Shown in pieces: positions 27,165 to 39,728 of a DNA stretch of 64,000 bases. The notes below the pieces were generated by a model that did not search any database, was not told the origin of the DNA, and saw only the letters and a list, made by a program, of their open reading frames with translations. This DNA is from Balamuthia mandrillaris. Its lineage: Eukaryota. Where the stretch lies: positions 248,001 through 312,000 of the forward strand of contig JAVKOQ020000008.1 of the NCBI GenBank assembly GCA_031835245.2, in the 5' to 3' direction. Each line of letters opens with the position of its first letter. Position 1 is the first letter of the stretch. Both the position numbers and the translations under genes were made by a program.

Positions 27165-28701
27165 CGCGTGTGTGGGTCGGCGGCTTCACTGGCTGTCGCT
27201 GTGGTTGTCGCTGTTGGAAAGACGACTGTTCGCTAGAAGAGCTATTTCACCGAATAAATCTCTCACAACAGGTGCTGGTACTGTTGCTGGTTCTGCTGCT
27301 GCAACCACGTCTACTTGTGTCACGCCTCTTTGATTGCCTGAGAAAGAACCAAAAAAAAGTAAACGTTCAGTCCACTATCGTCAACACTGAACCGCTCTCT
27401 AACAAAAGGAGAGAGTGGCATACCTATGGCCGCTGCTGTCTTCAACCTCTTTAGCTTATTGCTCTTTTGGTGCTGGGTGCTCCTGGCCTCTAGAGATTTT
27501 TTTTTTTGTGTTGATTCGTTGCCTATCTCAGTGTGCGTAACTTGTTGGGCGCTGGAAGGTTGGTCTGTGGGGCTACGGGATCAAGTTTGCTGTTGGGTTG
27601 CCAAGACTATTATTACTTCCTTTTTTTTTTTTTTGCTACGCGGAGAGGGAGCAAACAAACAAACAAAAACACCAAGTCAGTCAGTCAGTCAACCGTTTTG
27701 TTCAGTTGAGGAGGGCAGCCCCACGAAAATGCAAAAAAAGCGAGAAAGAGCTGCTTGTGGCAAGAAAAAGGAAAAGCTTGACAAGCATAGATCGACACCC
27801 CTCAAAACACAACAATACAACACAACGAAGCACACAAAAATTCAACTATTTCGCTGACAAGCCTACCCTCCCCCTTACTGTCAAATTTTTTTCGTTTTGT
27901 GCGTGGAGGAAGGGAGGGAGGGAGGGAGGTTGACCGCCACGTCCACTGCGTGTCAATCAAACCTCGTCTCTGTCCTCTAAGAAGTACTTCCTATCCAACC
28001 GCCAGAAGGCAACCACCCCCCCCAAAAAAAAGAAAGAAAAAAAGAAAAGAGGGTCGACAGTAAGGCTCAGTGAGTCACTCACCAGATAAAAGTCGTAGGT
28101 AACACTCAAAGGTGCGCTGTGCCGAACGTAATGAGATGAATGTCAAAAGCAGTACGTTCAGAGTAAACTTGCTGAGAAAGGCTTCGATGCCACCGCCAAT
28201 GGAGAAAGCTTTACCGCCGCGTTATCGTGTTTGTCCAAGACGAAGGAAAAGAAAAGAAAGAACAAGGGCCCGGCAACAAGAGAAAACACTTGCCCCAAAC
28301 CCGATCTGCCTGACGAATCAGCGAACTGGCCATTCTCACCTGCCCTGGAAATGAAAGCTAAATGCAAGCCGCATTATGCGCGGTCGCACTTTTAGGATAA
28401 TGCACGGTGTCCAGAGCCATCCTCCTCTGGCCAAGTTTACTGTTGCATCGCCCATTAATTAATACCTTCGAAGTTTGAATTCGGGGTGCCCCCCGAAATC
28501 AGCGTGGAAAGCTTCACCTGTAGCCTTGTCCAATGGGAAGATTAATCGTAACTCCGTGCGGAGTTAAATTGGGGGGGGGGAGACTCCTCGTATATGTGGT
28601 GCACAAATTGACCACAAGAACAGCAAGTCTAGAACAGAAGAACAAAGCAGCAGAAGAACAAGAACAAGAAGAAGAACAACGCAGCAGAAGAGAAGAGGCC
28701 A

Positions 28702-30429
28702 ATGGGGAAAAAGAAGCTGCCTATCAAGAATGATGACTCGGCTGATTTCCCAAGCGTGCTGCCCCCTCTCAAAAAGAAGCGCAAGTGGGTGGCAAAGCTT
28801 CCACCGAAGAAGCTATTGCTGCCAATGAAGCAAATGATGGTGCGCCTCCAACAGCAGGCTGAGCTGGAAGCGCAACAAGTGCTGAACAGCGGTTTCGTGG
28901 AGCCGTTGGCCTCTCCTGAGGAAGCAAGTGCTCCCAAGAAAGAAAAAGCAGAACAAGAAGAAAAAGCAGAGGAGAAGCAAGGCTCAGCTCCTTCAACCAC
29001 CACCACGCAACCAGCGGAGAGGGAAGAAGAAAAGGAGGAAAACGGCGGCGCACTAACAGAACAGGAGCGAAAGGAAAAATTGGCGGCACTGCAACGCAAA
29101 GAGGAGGAACTCAACGAGGAGAAGCACAAGCTCTTCTTGTTGCTGAAGCGGGTGCTCAGTGTGGACGAGAAGCGAAGGAAAAGGCAAGCCGAAGAGGAGG
29201 AAAGGCAGCGGCTGGAGGAGTTGCGAAGGTGCGAGGAGGAACGGCGGCTGTCTCAGTTGAAGGCCCTGCGCGACGGCAAACCGCTGCATATTGCAAGCAA
29301 CGTGGGGCAGGTCGGCAACGGGGAAGGCCATGGTGGTTTTAGCCTTGGGGGTGGCGCGGTTAGTAGCGGTGGCGCAACAGGGAGCATGCAGGGCTTGCCC
29401 GCCTCACTCTCTCATTCCGTTCATCACCACGGGCCGCCTCCGCCTCCTCCTCAGCACCCCCATAGCTATTACTCGCCGCACGCTCCACCGCCTCCTTCAG
29501 GCCCAACACAACCAACCTATGTAAGTGCCAGCGGCAGCATGGCTGCAGACTATTACTACCATCGCTACCCCCCACCACCCTCTTCCTCCTCTGACCCAGC
29601 TGCTTCTTCCATCACACCACCTCCGCCGGGTCCTTCCTCTGCCTCCTCATCCACTCAATCCTTCCTTTCTTCTGCCAAAGGCAGAAATGCCCATCAATAC
29701 TCCTCTCGTTCTCCCTTACATTCCCCATTGCACTCTCCCCTTCAATCGCCGCATCATCCCTCCTCCTCTGCTGGTAATTCCTTTTCAGGTTCTTCTATGG
29801 GCCTCTCTTCTTCCTCTTCCTCTTCGCCCTTCCGTGAGCGGGATAGAGAGCGAGATAAGGACAGAGATAAAGACAGGGAAGCAAGGCCTCCTTCGCCTCC
29901 CCCTGTTGGCTCATCTTCTGCCTCTCAGACTTCTCCCAGGCGTCTTCCTCCTTCCGCCAGTTTTATTCCTCCGTTTGCCGTCCCTCCTGGTATCTGCCTA
30001 CCTCATCTTTGCCCCCGTTATATAACAACAAGCCCTAACTGCTGCTGATATATCATACAAGGAGGTCGTGGGGCGTATGGCCTTTCACCTGAGAACCAAT
30101 ACGGTGCAGGGCAAGTGCACGTGCCTGGCATACCTCCTTCCCACCTCCCGCCACATGGCATGCCGATGAGCATGATGCCCGCTCACCAGCTAACCATAGG
30201 GATGCCTCCCTTTGCTCCACAGTTTATAGGGAGAGGGCGACCAGGGCCTGGTCTTCTTCCTACTCCATCCCATCAACCTCCTCCTGCTCCTCCCGCTATA
30301 AGCGGTGGTTCCAGCGGCGGCAGTGGTGCTAGTGGCAGCGGAGGAAGCGGAGGGACTAGTAGCGGACATAGCGCAACAGGAAGCAACAGTGGTAGTTCTG
30401 GAGGTAGCGAACGGCGGCGGCGGTTTTAG
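28702..30429 (+). CDS. GPS2-like coiled-coil protein with Pro/Ser/His-rich tail (intron about 29990-30061)
   Basis: KLAALQRKEEELNEEKHKLFLLLKRVLSVDEKRRKR resembles the GPS2 core (EEKHQLFLQLKKVL..EEKRR). The remainder is low complexity. Confidence 0.6.
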
Positions 30430-30538
30430 TTAGTCTTTTTCCCTCCTCTATTGAAGGATTCTCCCATTGACCATCTGACCCTTTCTGCAGGTGTATATGC
30501 TAGCTCGGGCGACAAAGAAAAATTGAACAAAACCAAAA

Positions 30539-33500
30539 TTATTCTTTGCTATCGCCTACTATAGCTTCTTCAGCTATTCTCGCTTTCCCTTTGCTTGGTC
30601 GTTCTGATTCTTCATCTCCTTCAGCTTTCCCTCCTATTCTACCTTGTGTTTTGGGATGGGAGCGAGGGAAGGGCCTGACGTTGGGTGGGGTTGAAGCGGC
30701 ACGTCGTCGATCCAGTTTGGCGAGGTTAAAGAAATCTTTCCACTCCTTTTCCTTTCGTTTCTTTGTTTGTTCTTCGGCTGCTCTAGTCTGACTGAGGAAC
30801 GCTTCCGTGTCAAAGTTCTGGGCCTGCAACATTCTCTGCTCTATTTGCTCCGCGCTTTCAAGGAGGTTTGCATCGTAGGACCACACTTTCTCCTCGAAGC
30901 AGGTTCGCATCAGTTCATCCAATGTTGCCACACACTCCGCAAATGTTGGACGTTGCTCAGCAGTTCCTCCCCAACAACGCTTTAACAGTTCTGTGTATCC
31001 CTTCCAGCATGGTGCCACTGCCTCCACTTGCTTTGTTTCTTGTTCTTTTCCCCTGTCTTTCTCTTCCTTCTCTTTGGTTTTGTCCTCACTCTTGTGGGGC
31101 CTGCTGGTGGTGGAAAAGGAGAGGCAGGAAGAGTCGTCGGGGAGAGGAGGTATGGGTGGCCGTTGCCCGCTCATGATCATGTCCTCCATTTGGCTGAGGA
31201 ATGTAATCTCTCCGAAGAAGTCTTGTCGCGTTAACAGCTCCCACATGATTACTCCAAATGAGTATACATCAGCAGCGGTACTGTATTCCTTGTTTTGAAT
31301 GACTTCAGGGGCCAGCCATACTGTGATTTCGCATCATTCGACGTTTTTGTTGTTTTTATCAAAATACAGCGGACAAGATTGAGTGGAGAAACAAACCTGG
31401 ATTGTCTACCACCCTTCCTTGTGATGTGTGTGCTATGCTTTGAGAAGTGCCAAAGTCAGCAACTTTGGCCACAACAGAAGAACCATCAGCTAAGCTATAT
31501 AGCTGTGAACAGAGCCATGGACATATGTTAGCGGACATAAGGCAGCACCATCACTCCAATGCCATTCGTAAGAAATGAAGAAGATAGAGAAGTGAAATTG
31601 AGCAACGCACCAGAATGTTGGGAGATTTTAAGTCACGGTGTAGCACTGGGGGAGAACAACCGTGAAGAAAAGCACAACCTTTGGCGATATCTTTGGCTAT
31701 TTTGAACCGCAGAGCCCAGCTCAAGTTAGCGCTTTTTTCGTCGTGAAGATATGAATACAAGCTGCCATGTTGCATGAACTCTGTCACTATACAGCACGGT
31801 TCCAGGCTGAAGCCTCGCAACGGGACTATATTGGGATGATCCAGCCCACTGAACCACAGTTAGCATCTACGTTAGCAGCGACTTTACAAGCTAACAAATG
31901 TCAGGCAGAAGAAAATACCTCATTACCCAGACCTCTCTTCTGAATTCGGTGAAGGCATCCAACCGGGCGTTCTCTGCCTCTTCTCCCAGCATCCCACTTT
32001 CTTCCTTTGTTTTCAATCGCTTAACAGCGACGGGCTCCCCTTTGTAAGTAGCTTTATAGACGTAGGCATAGCCACCTTCTCCAATGAGCTCCTCTATCAT
32101 GAGATCCTTTTCGTAATCCACCTTGAATTTTTGCAGTTGAACTAGGGCCAAGTCTGGAGCAATCTTGTCCAGACGGACGAGGCCTCCTTCTCCCTGCGCA
32201 TGATGCCATCCCTTGCTGAAGCACGCCGGGCAGTAGAGGAATGGCTTACCTTCCAGCGCCATCGCCTTGCACGTTTCTATCCTAAACATATAGACTCCAG
32301 CTGTTTGTTCGTAAGATGTTTGCTAATGAAAAAAATAAACTAAAATAAAATAAAAAGAAACTCGGAGAAACAACGAACGAACCAAGAACATTTGAAAAGT
32401 CTCCTCTAAGAGTAGCGGTGGCAGAGCGTTGTCCATAAATGTCTTGGAAGTAGGCCTGATTGAGAATACAACGTATACAGGGAGCGTAGACACTAACGCG
32501 AAGCTTGTACCAATCCGAAATGAGAGAATCTACCATTTCAATGATAGAAGAATAAAGCGTGTGGAGATTATCTCCCAAAAGCTTTGTCCGCACGACCAAC
32601 CGCAAGATCTTGGTTGCGTTATGAAGGGCTATAGCCTCTTTGTTCTTATCTGGGGGAAATTGCAGCATAGCTAGATCGATGAATGGTGATAACGATCCAC
32701 TGCTTGTGCCCATGGTGGAGCCACTTGACGAGGAAGGAGAGAGGAAACAATTATCCATCAGTTCCATGAATACTTTTTCCTCGCCTTTGGTAACCAGTAG
32801 ACCATTCTTCCAGTATTCCTTGGCCGTTAAATCGAAAGCTAGAAGGCGAACCATAAGGCGAGAGAAGAAGCCCTCTGGGACGAATTGAAAGAGGTAGTAT
32901 CTACTAAACTCGTTCTCTTCCATTTGGTCCAAGGCCTCCGCAGTGAGTGCGTTGAGAAAGGCCCATTTGGACTTGTCCCCACCGAGAACATACGTTCCTC
33001 CAATATCGGCGTGTGGGTGGATGAGCGTCCCCCCACTACCGCTGCCACCAGCAGCATGTAGCATTAAACTGCGCAAACCCATCAAACCTAAGCTGGCTGT
33101 TCTATCCTGTATGAGATGGCCTCTATGAGACCTCATGAGACTTGTAATAGGAGGCCATAATTGGGTCAACAAGCTCTCCGATGGCCTGCTTTGAGCTGAG
33201 AGTAAAGCAGGAATGAGGCTGAAGCCTTGATTGAGGTCTTGTGAGGTTTTGGCACCCATGTTGAAGGCTACCTCAAACTTTTCGAGTAGAGTAAGAAGGA
33301 AGGGGTGTACTGAGGCTGGGTAATCCGGTTCTCGCCAAATAAATGGCAGAGAGGAGTGTTGCAGAATGCCATCCTTCTTTCCATAATTGTGCTTAGTAGT
33401 GATGATGCTGCTCATCACCTCTGTCAACCACTGGGGGTTCATGATAACGATGTCGCTAAGTCTAGGATCTTCTCCAAAGTAGAGTAGTGACCCCAAATTG

Positions 33501-36500
33501 TGAAGGTGAGAGGCTGCAACTCGCACTGCCATCTCATCTTTGATACCGCACAGGCCTGCCATTGTCAGGAATTCGGACCAAAACGCGATTGGAGGACGCT
33601 TGTGGCTGTTTTTTACCATCTTCTCCAATTCCACGTAGGTGTTGGGCATCTCCTCCCCTATCCATCGTTGTTTGCTCACGGTATCAGCAATGTCTGCTTT
33701 TAACTCCTCTGTAAAGAAAACACGAGAGCTAACGGTCAGAGCCGATTGGAACGAGAGAGAGGAGAGAGAGAGAGAGAGAGAACCAACCTAAACCTTTGCC
33801 ATTGGCGCAACTTACAAAATGGATGCTCTGAATGGAAGGGAATTTGCTTTTATACTTGGCCAGTAGCTTCTTCAGTACGTTGGCAGTGTATTGCTCCTCT
33901 CCGCAAATCGGTGAATCAAGGTGGGTGCCCACCATTATAACGGCTGCCTCTGGAGCCCTTGCTGCGATAGAGTATAGCCTGCATCAGAGTTTAATATGAT
34001 GTTAAAATGAATGTTATGAAGGTGAGGATCAGAAGGAATACCAACCAATATTCCACCCTGGAGTCTTCTTCGGGACGAGCCAAATTCCACACCAGTAGGT
34101 AAAGACTACGCTCTGAAAGAAAAAATTGGTGGGTGCTGTAATAAAGCTCTTGGCCAGCAAAGTCCCAGGCGCTCAATACCACACCCTGCTTCTCGGCGGT
34201 GCCATCTTTGTGCTGTATGGGTACTGAGATTGACCACTCTGCAATGTCAATGCCATCCGTTGAAATAGTGTTGGGTCCTAGAGCGTTTTCTTGCAAGCTA
34301 GTACCGTCTCCGCTCTTCAGTTCGTGACCAGCCAATTCAGCAGAGGTAGCAATTACAGAGTGGCTTTCACTTATTTGGTTAGCTCCTGCGACAGCCGGTG
34401 TGGCTGGTGTTACCACCATGGAAGGTTCCTCAGTGGTACTGACGATGGTGGTGCGAGATGGTGCAAGCTGTTGCTTTTTAAGTTTATATTTGTGGCTAGA
34501 GGAAGAGAGGCACTTGAGGACCGAGGTTTTGCCAACGTTCTCCTGCCCCACCAGCATTAACTTCATTCGGTAGCAGCGCTGTGTGCCTTGGAAAGCTTGC
34601 TGCAGCCAACTTATGACGGAACTCTTGCCCATAGCCACTACATCGGAGGGAGGGAAGGTGAAGTACTTGTGGTTAGGCAATTTCAGCCTCTCCAGTTGCA
34701 CCAGGAAGCCCATCTGCGATGGCAATTCTTGTAGATCTTTGTTGTGGCATAGATGTAATGTACTTAGCTGCGTGTGATTACGTTAACATTTCAAGGCGGA
34801 CAACAGAAAGGCAAAAGTAGGAAAAGAGAGAAAAACCTTTAACAAGTGACCAATCCGAGGCGAGACATGTTTCAGACGGGTGCTACAGAGGTCAAGTAAC
34901 ACTAAGTTAGGAAGGTTTTGCACTAGATCTGGAAGTTCAAGGATGTGGTTGTTGCCGAGATAGAGTTTCTGAAGGGTAGGTATGGCGAAGATCCCCCACG
35001 GAAAATCTTCCTCTCTCTTATCGTCCAGTACAGCCGTATCAGATTGTGGCAGTCGGTTGTCGTTGCTCTTGCTTTTCCTGCCCTTATGGCGATGGCGGTG
35101 CTGCTGGTGTACATTGCTACGCTTGTGGTTGCCCTGTGAGCGGTGGAAGCTATGCTTCATCGTTATACCAGTTTCGCGAAGGTTGAGTACTTCAAGGACT
35201 TTCAGCTCCGACCAAAGTCCGTCGATGAACGTTTCGATTTGAGTGGCATGGCCTTGTTTTGTGGCAATGATCATTGACTCGGAGCTGCGGAACGGATCCT
35301 TGTGATGCAGCTTGTTCATGGTACTATACAAATGACCAAAGCGTAGGCCTGCCAGATTGAGTTCTTTCAGAGTACATCCCAGCTCGAAGAGCTCGAATAA
35401 AGCTGGTGTCCTGTTATTCTCTTTGCTTAAATAGGCGGAATATGGAGGGTGAGTGCCGGTTTTCTTCTCCTCTGGTCCTTCGTCAATGCACAAACCACTA
35501 TTATGGCTTAGATCGAAAGTGTGAAGGCGCTTGAGGAATTTGAGCCCTCGGGGCAGTTGCGTTAAGTTATTCTTCGCCAAACAAAGATGCTTGAGGTTGG
35601 TAAGTTTACGGAAAAGGTGTCCGGGGAGTTTGCCAAGTTTGTTTTTTCCAAGATCGAGGTACGTGAGGCTTGTAAGTTTGACGATGCTGCGAGGCAGCAG
35701 CTCTATATTGTTGTTTTGGAGGCACAAGCACCGTAAGCATGAAAGGGAAGATATGGAAGGGGGCAGTTGTCCCGATATCTTGTTATTGTTTAGTTTCAAG
35801 CTTGTCAGACACGGGAGGTTCTCCCAACCACACCAGGGAAACGATACGATTGTGTTTTGGCCGAGATCAAGCTCCTCCAACTGCCCTCAGTACAAATTAG
35901 TAATGTTTTTTGGAGTGTATGCGGTGGCTCTCAGAAAACGAAACGCACCTGGGCTGACTCGACGTCAGGGCGAGCATAGGCTTGCAGTATAGAAGTAGGA
36001 AGAATACTAATGGCATTGTAGGCCAATGATAACTTTTTCAAGCGCCGTAATGAAGTAAGGGCTATTGGGAAGGAGGTTAGGTGATTCCCTGTTGTAGTTA
36101 AATTAAGCTTTGGCTGTAAGACAGGCTGATTAAAAGAACAACCGTTTTGAAGAATAGAAGGTGGTAACCTGAAAGATCAAGCTGGGTCAAATGGGCGAGA
36201 TGCTGCAAGCGATCAGGTGAAATTGGCAAAGAAGAGAAGGACAAGTCTAGCTCAGCCGTTAGGGTTTGTTGACAACGCTCCGTTTTCTGGATGGCAGCTA
36301 GCACTTGCTCTTTGCATGTCCAACGCAAATAATAGCCCTGCCACAGCGTTACTATTTTGGATTGAGGAACAATTCAGTCAAGGATGGTGTTGTACAAGAA
36401 GAATACAAACCAGCAGAGGGTCGCGGAATCAGCGGCTTGCTTGGATCGTCGCCGGCTTGCCCAAAGAATGGGTTCCCATACGCCTTTTGCCTACCAGCTG

Positions 36501-39229
36501 AGAGACTATATTTCCAAATGCAGGGAAGTCCTCGTTTGTACTTGCGTCTGTCGGCATAGCGCTCTTTTTCGTTGTCGTATAGGAAGGTTGCGAAGCGTCT
36601 GCTGTACAAAGAACGAAGAAGGAAAAGAAGATACGTTTCCGAAAATTCAAAAGCACATGGAAACTGGTTCATCAACTGCCACACGCAGTCCACAAATTGC
36701 ACGAAAGTGGACGACATTTGTTCGCTGTCATATCGCTTGGTGACCTTCTGCCCAAAGGAGTGACCTGTGGATACAATAGCAACATGCACAGTCACAACGA
36801 TATCTAACTACAAATCGTCACAGCTAGGTCATAACTTACCAAAGCTCTCCCAATCCTTTTCGATCAGCACTGCGAATCCTTCAAAAGTACGGTAGTATGG
36901 GTCGGAACACAGTTGGACCAAGGATACCAGCTGGGCTGTGCTATCCACACCAAGCATGCTCTGAGCTAGAACTGTCTCTGGTGGTTTGGGAGGGTCTTGT
37001 TGGGCATCCTCCAGCAGGTGGGCCATCATTTCAAGCGCTAAGTTAAACAGTGCGCGGATTTGTTTGAGCCAACCACTGGCCCTTAATCCTTGCTGCCATG
37101 CCTGCTTGCTATCAAGCAGGCCAGCTAACCTTGAATCACCTCCTGCATTCTGGACCTCGGCGTGATCATTATCTTCATTGGCATTGTCATCGTCCGCCGC
37201 TCTAGCGTGTTTTTTCCGGTTCATCAACAACAACGGGCATTGTAAGAGGTGATTAGTGCTAGCAAAGAAGAAAAGCAACACCAAAAAGGCAAGCTAACCT
37301 GGAGGGGCGACGCTGTCTGTTGATGCGAGTGCGGGTGCGAATGCGAAAGTGCTGTACTTGGCGGTCCTCGTTTTTAGTTTTGGTATTGACGGCTGCTTTC
37401 CTCGAGAAAAAGAAGGGAGTGGAAGTGGTGCACAGATGCTTCAGTTTCAAAAGGCTCTCCTTAGTTGCCGCCTCGATTGTAATCCCACGCATGGCATTTA
37501 GCTTGTCGCCACCAATGATGATGCTGCCTTCAGCAGCAGCAGCACCCATCGTATTGCTTTCGTCATTGGTAGTCATCTTTACCAGCTCTGTTCCGCCACC
37601 ACCTTCGCCAGCGGTTCCGTGACCAGCAGCACCATTGCTGGCAGCAGCATTAATTGCTGCGGTTAGTGCTGATGCTGTGGCAGAGCTGTTGAGTGAGTTC
37701 GGCGCGTTGCTGTCCGGCAGTAGGCCCTCTGCTGGCATCATGGCTAACGCTGAAGAGGAATCGATGATGTGAAGTGAGGGACTCGCTGGGTTCAGGTCCA
37801 ACATCTTCAGCAGGTACCTATTTAAAGTGGAGGGTTAAGCAAGGACCAACCACTCAAAACACACAATACACACAAACACAATGACAAAGTTAGCAAGCAA
37901 CCGTTCGTCCGCTTCGTAGTCAAGCTCGTTGCCGGCAACCTTGCCAAACACAGTGTCCTCTATGGTGTTGGCGTTCAGGTCTGCGCCGCGAAGAAGGCAC
38001 GCTTTGGAGATTGGCTGCTGCTGGTGGTCTGTCGCGTTTTCATCGTGCCGAGCAAACTCGGCGCAGGTAAGCCGCTCCTGGCTCTTCCAGGTAAGCGCGG
38101 GGAGGCGCGCTAGCCTCCTGACTCGCGCTACAGCACGTAGCTCCTCCTCCTCGCTGTCTCGAGGGACCACCAACAGGCTGGGGTAGCACTCACACAGCTT
38201 GTAGCCTTGGTTGACGTCCGAGAGCTTCCACTCTCGACCCTCCCAGAGTTCGATGCCCTGCCTTTTCATTTCTTTCTCCCACCCAAAGACGCTCCATACG
38301 CTGTCTTCTTCCTTCCCGCTGCCGCCGCCGCTGCCAGGGGCGGCACCACGCTCTGCTGTTGGCTTATCTTTGGCGTTGCGGGCAACCGCTAATAATTTGG
38401 TTTTGAGGCGACCCTTCTCCTTGTCCTTCCCCTTCTCTTCTTTGTGGTGGCCATCCTCCTCCTCCTCGTTCGCTGGTGCACCACTTTCTTCTGCTTTCTT
38501 TTTGGTCTTACTTTTGGGCCTGGGTTTTGTGTGATCAACGTTGCTCCCCTGGTGCTCAGTCGCGATGCCTTGCTTCTGTTTCTTCTGTTTCTTCTTTTCT
38601 TTTTTCTTTTTCCGATTGTGGTCCTTCTCCTCCTCCTCCGGACTCACAGAGAAGACCTCCCTAGAAGTAAAAGCAAAGGCAGCGGATTGCTTCGGCGGAA
38701 ACGCCCATTTGCGGAGAAGCTTGAGCAGGTCCTTGGCTGAAGACGAGTTCTCAGTGGTGGCTGTAGCGGCCGCGTCCCCCGCCATGGCGGCCGACGCTGA
38801 GGAAGCCGAAAATGTGGAAGGTGGTCGCAGCAGAAACGACCTAAAATCCTTGCATTGCACAGCTATCCACTCTGCTTCATCCTTGCGCTTGGATTCCAGG
38901 TGAGCGATGCAACCCCAAGGAGCAGAAAGGCATGATTCGCTCTCTTCCAAATCCTCTTGAAGGGGAATGCCAGTGGAGTAGGAGCTTTTTGAGCTGGGTC
39001 CCTGCGTTCGAGGGGTGCCTTCACCGCCTTGGCAATGAAAAGCAAAGCAGAGACGATAATTTGTAATGAGTAAGCTCCCCTGAAAAAGCGAAGAGGTGGA
39101 TGAGTCCTTGGGAGGCAGGCCTCCCTCCTGGTCCTGGGCTGGACTATTCAAAGTATTGGTTTGAAGAAATATTCCTTCGAACTGGTGCATTAGCCTCTCT
39201 CCGGCCAAGAACAGCGGCCGGTCCTCCAT
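30539..39229 (-). CDS. Roco protein, Pats1-like: PH-GRAM/myotubularin-like, LRR, ROC, COR and TKL kinase
   Basis: [83 protein letters not shown]. LRRs at 34.8-36.3 kb. [62 protein letters not shown]. Kinase: [31 protein letters not shown]. Confidence 0.9.
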
Positions 39230-39728
39230 CTTTATGCAGACCAGCGATTATGGGCGAATAGGAAAAGAAGCAGCGGAGCGGTGAGACAAAGCCTTTAGCC
39301 TACTATTTACAGGCTTGCCGTGCTGTAGTGGGCAGCGGGGGGCGGCGGTTCGCCACCCTTCGCTTTTGCCTTTCCATTTTAGGTTATAGAAGATCGATCC
39401 AGAGATCACTGCTTGGCAAAAAAAAAAACGAAATCTATTAGGCAACCTGTCACACCCTACTAGTAGTAGGGGGTGGGGTGGGGGGGGGGTGCTCTGCAAT
39501 GGGAAAAACAAAGAAAAAATGACGGGCACGCACCAGCCCTGGCTTGACAGGTGGCAGGCAGGCAGCAGCTGCTGAAGAACCCTGCCCTTTGCCCCCCTTG
39601 CCCCCACCAAAGGAATAACCAGCTTAGCCTGAGGAGAGGAGAGAGGAGAGAGAGACAGCACACGACAGCGACACCCTTCCGCTGCTTGTGACTCTTTTTT
39701 TTTTCCCTGGCTACTCTCCAATCCCCCG

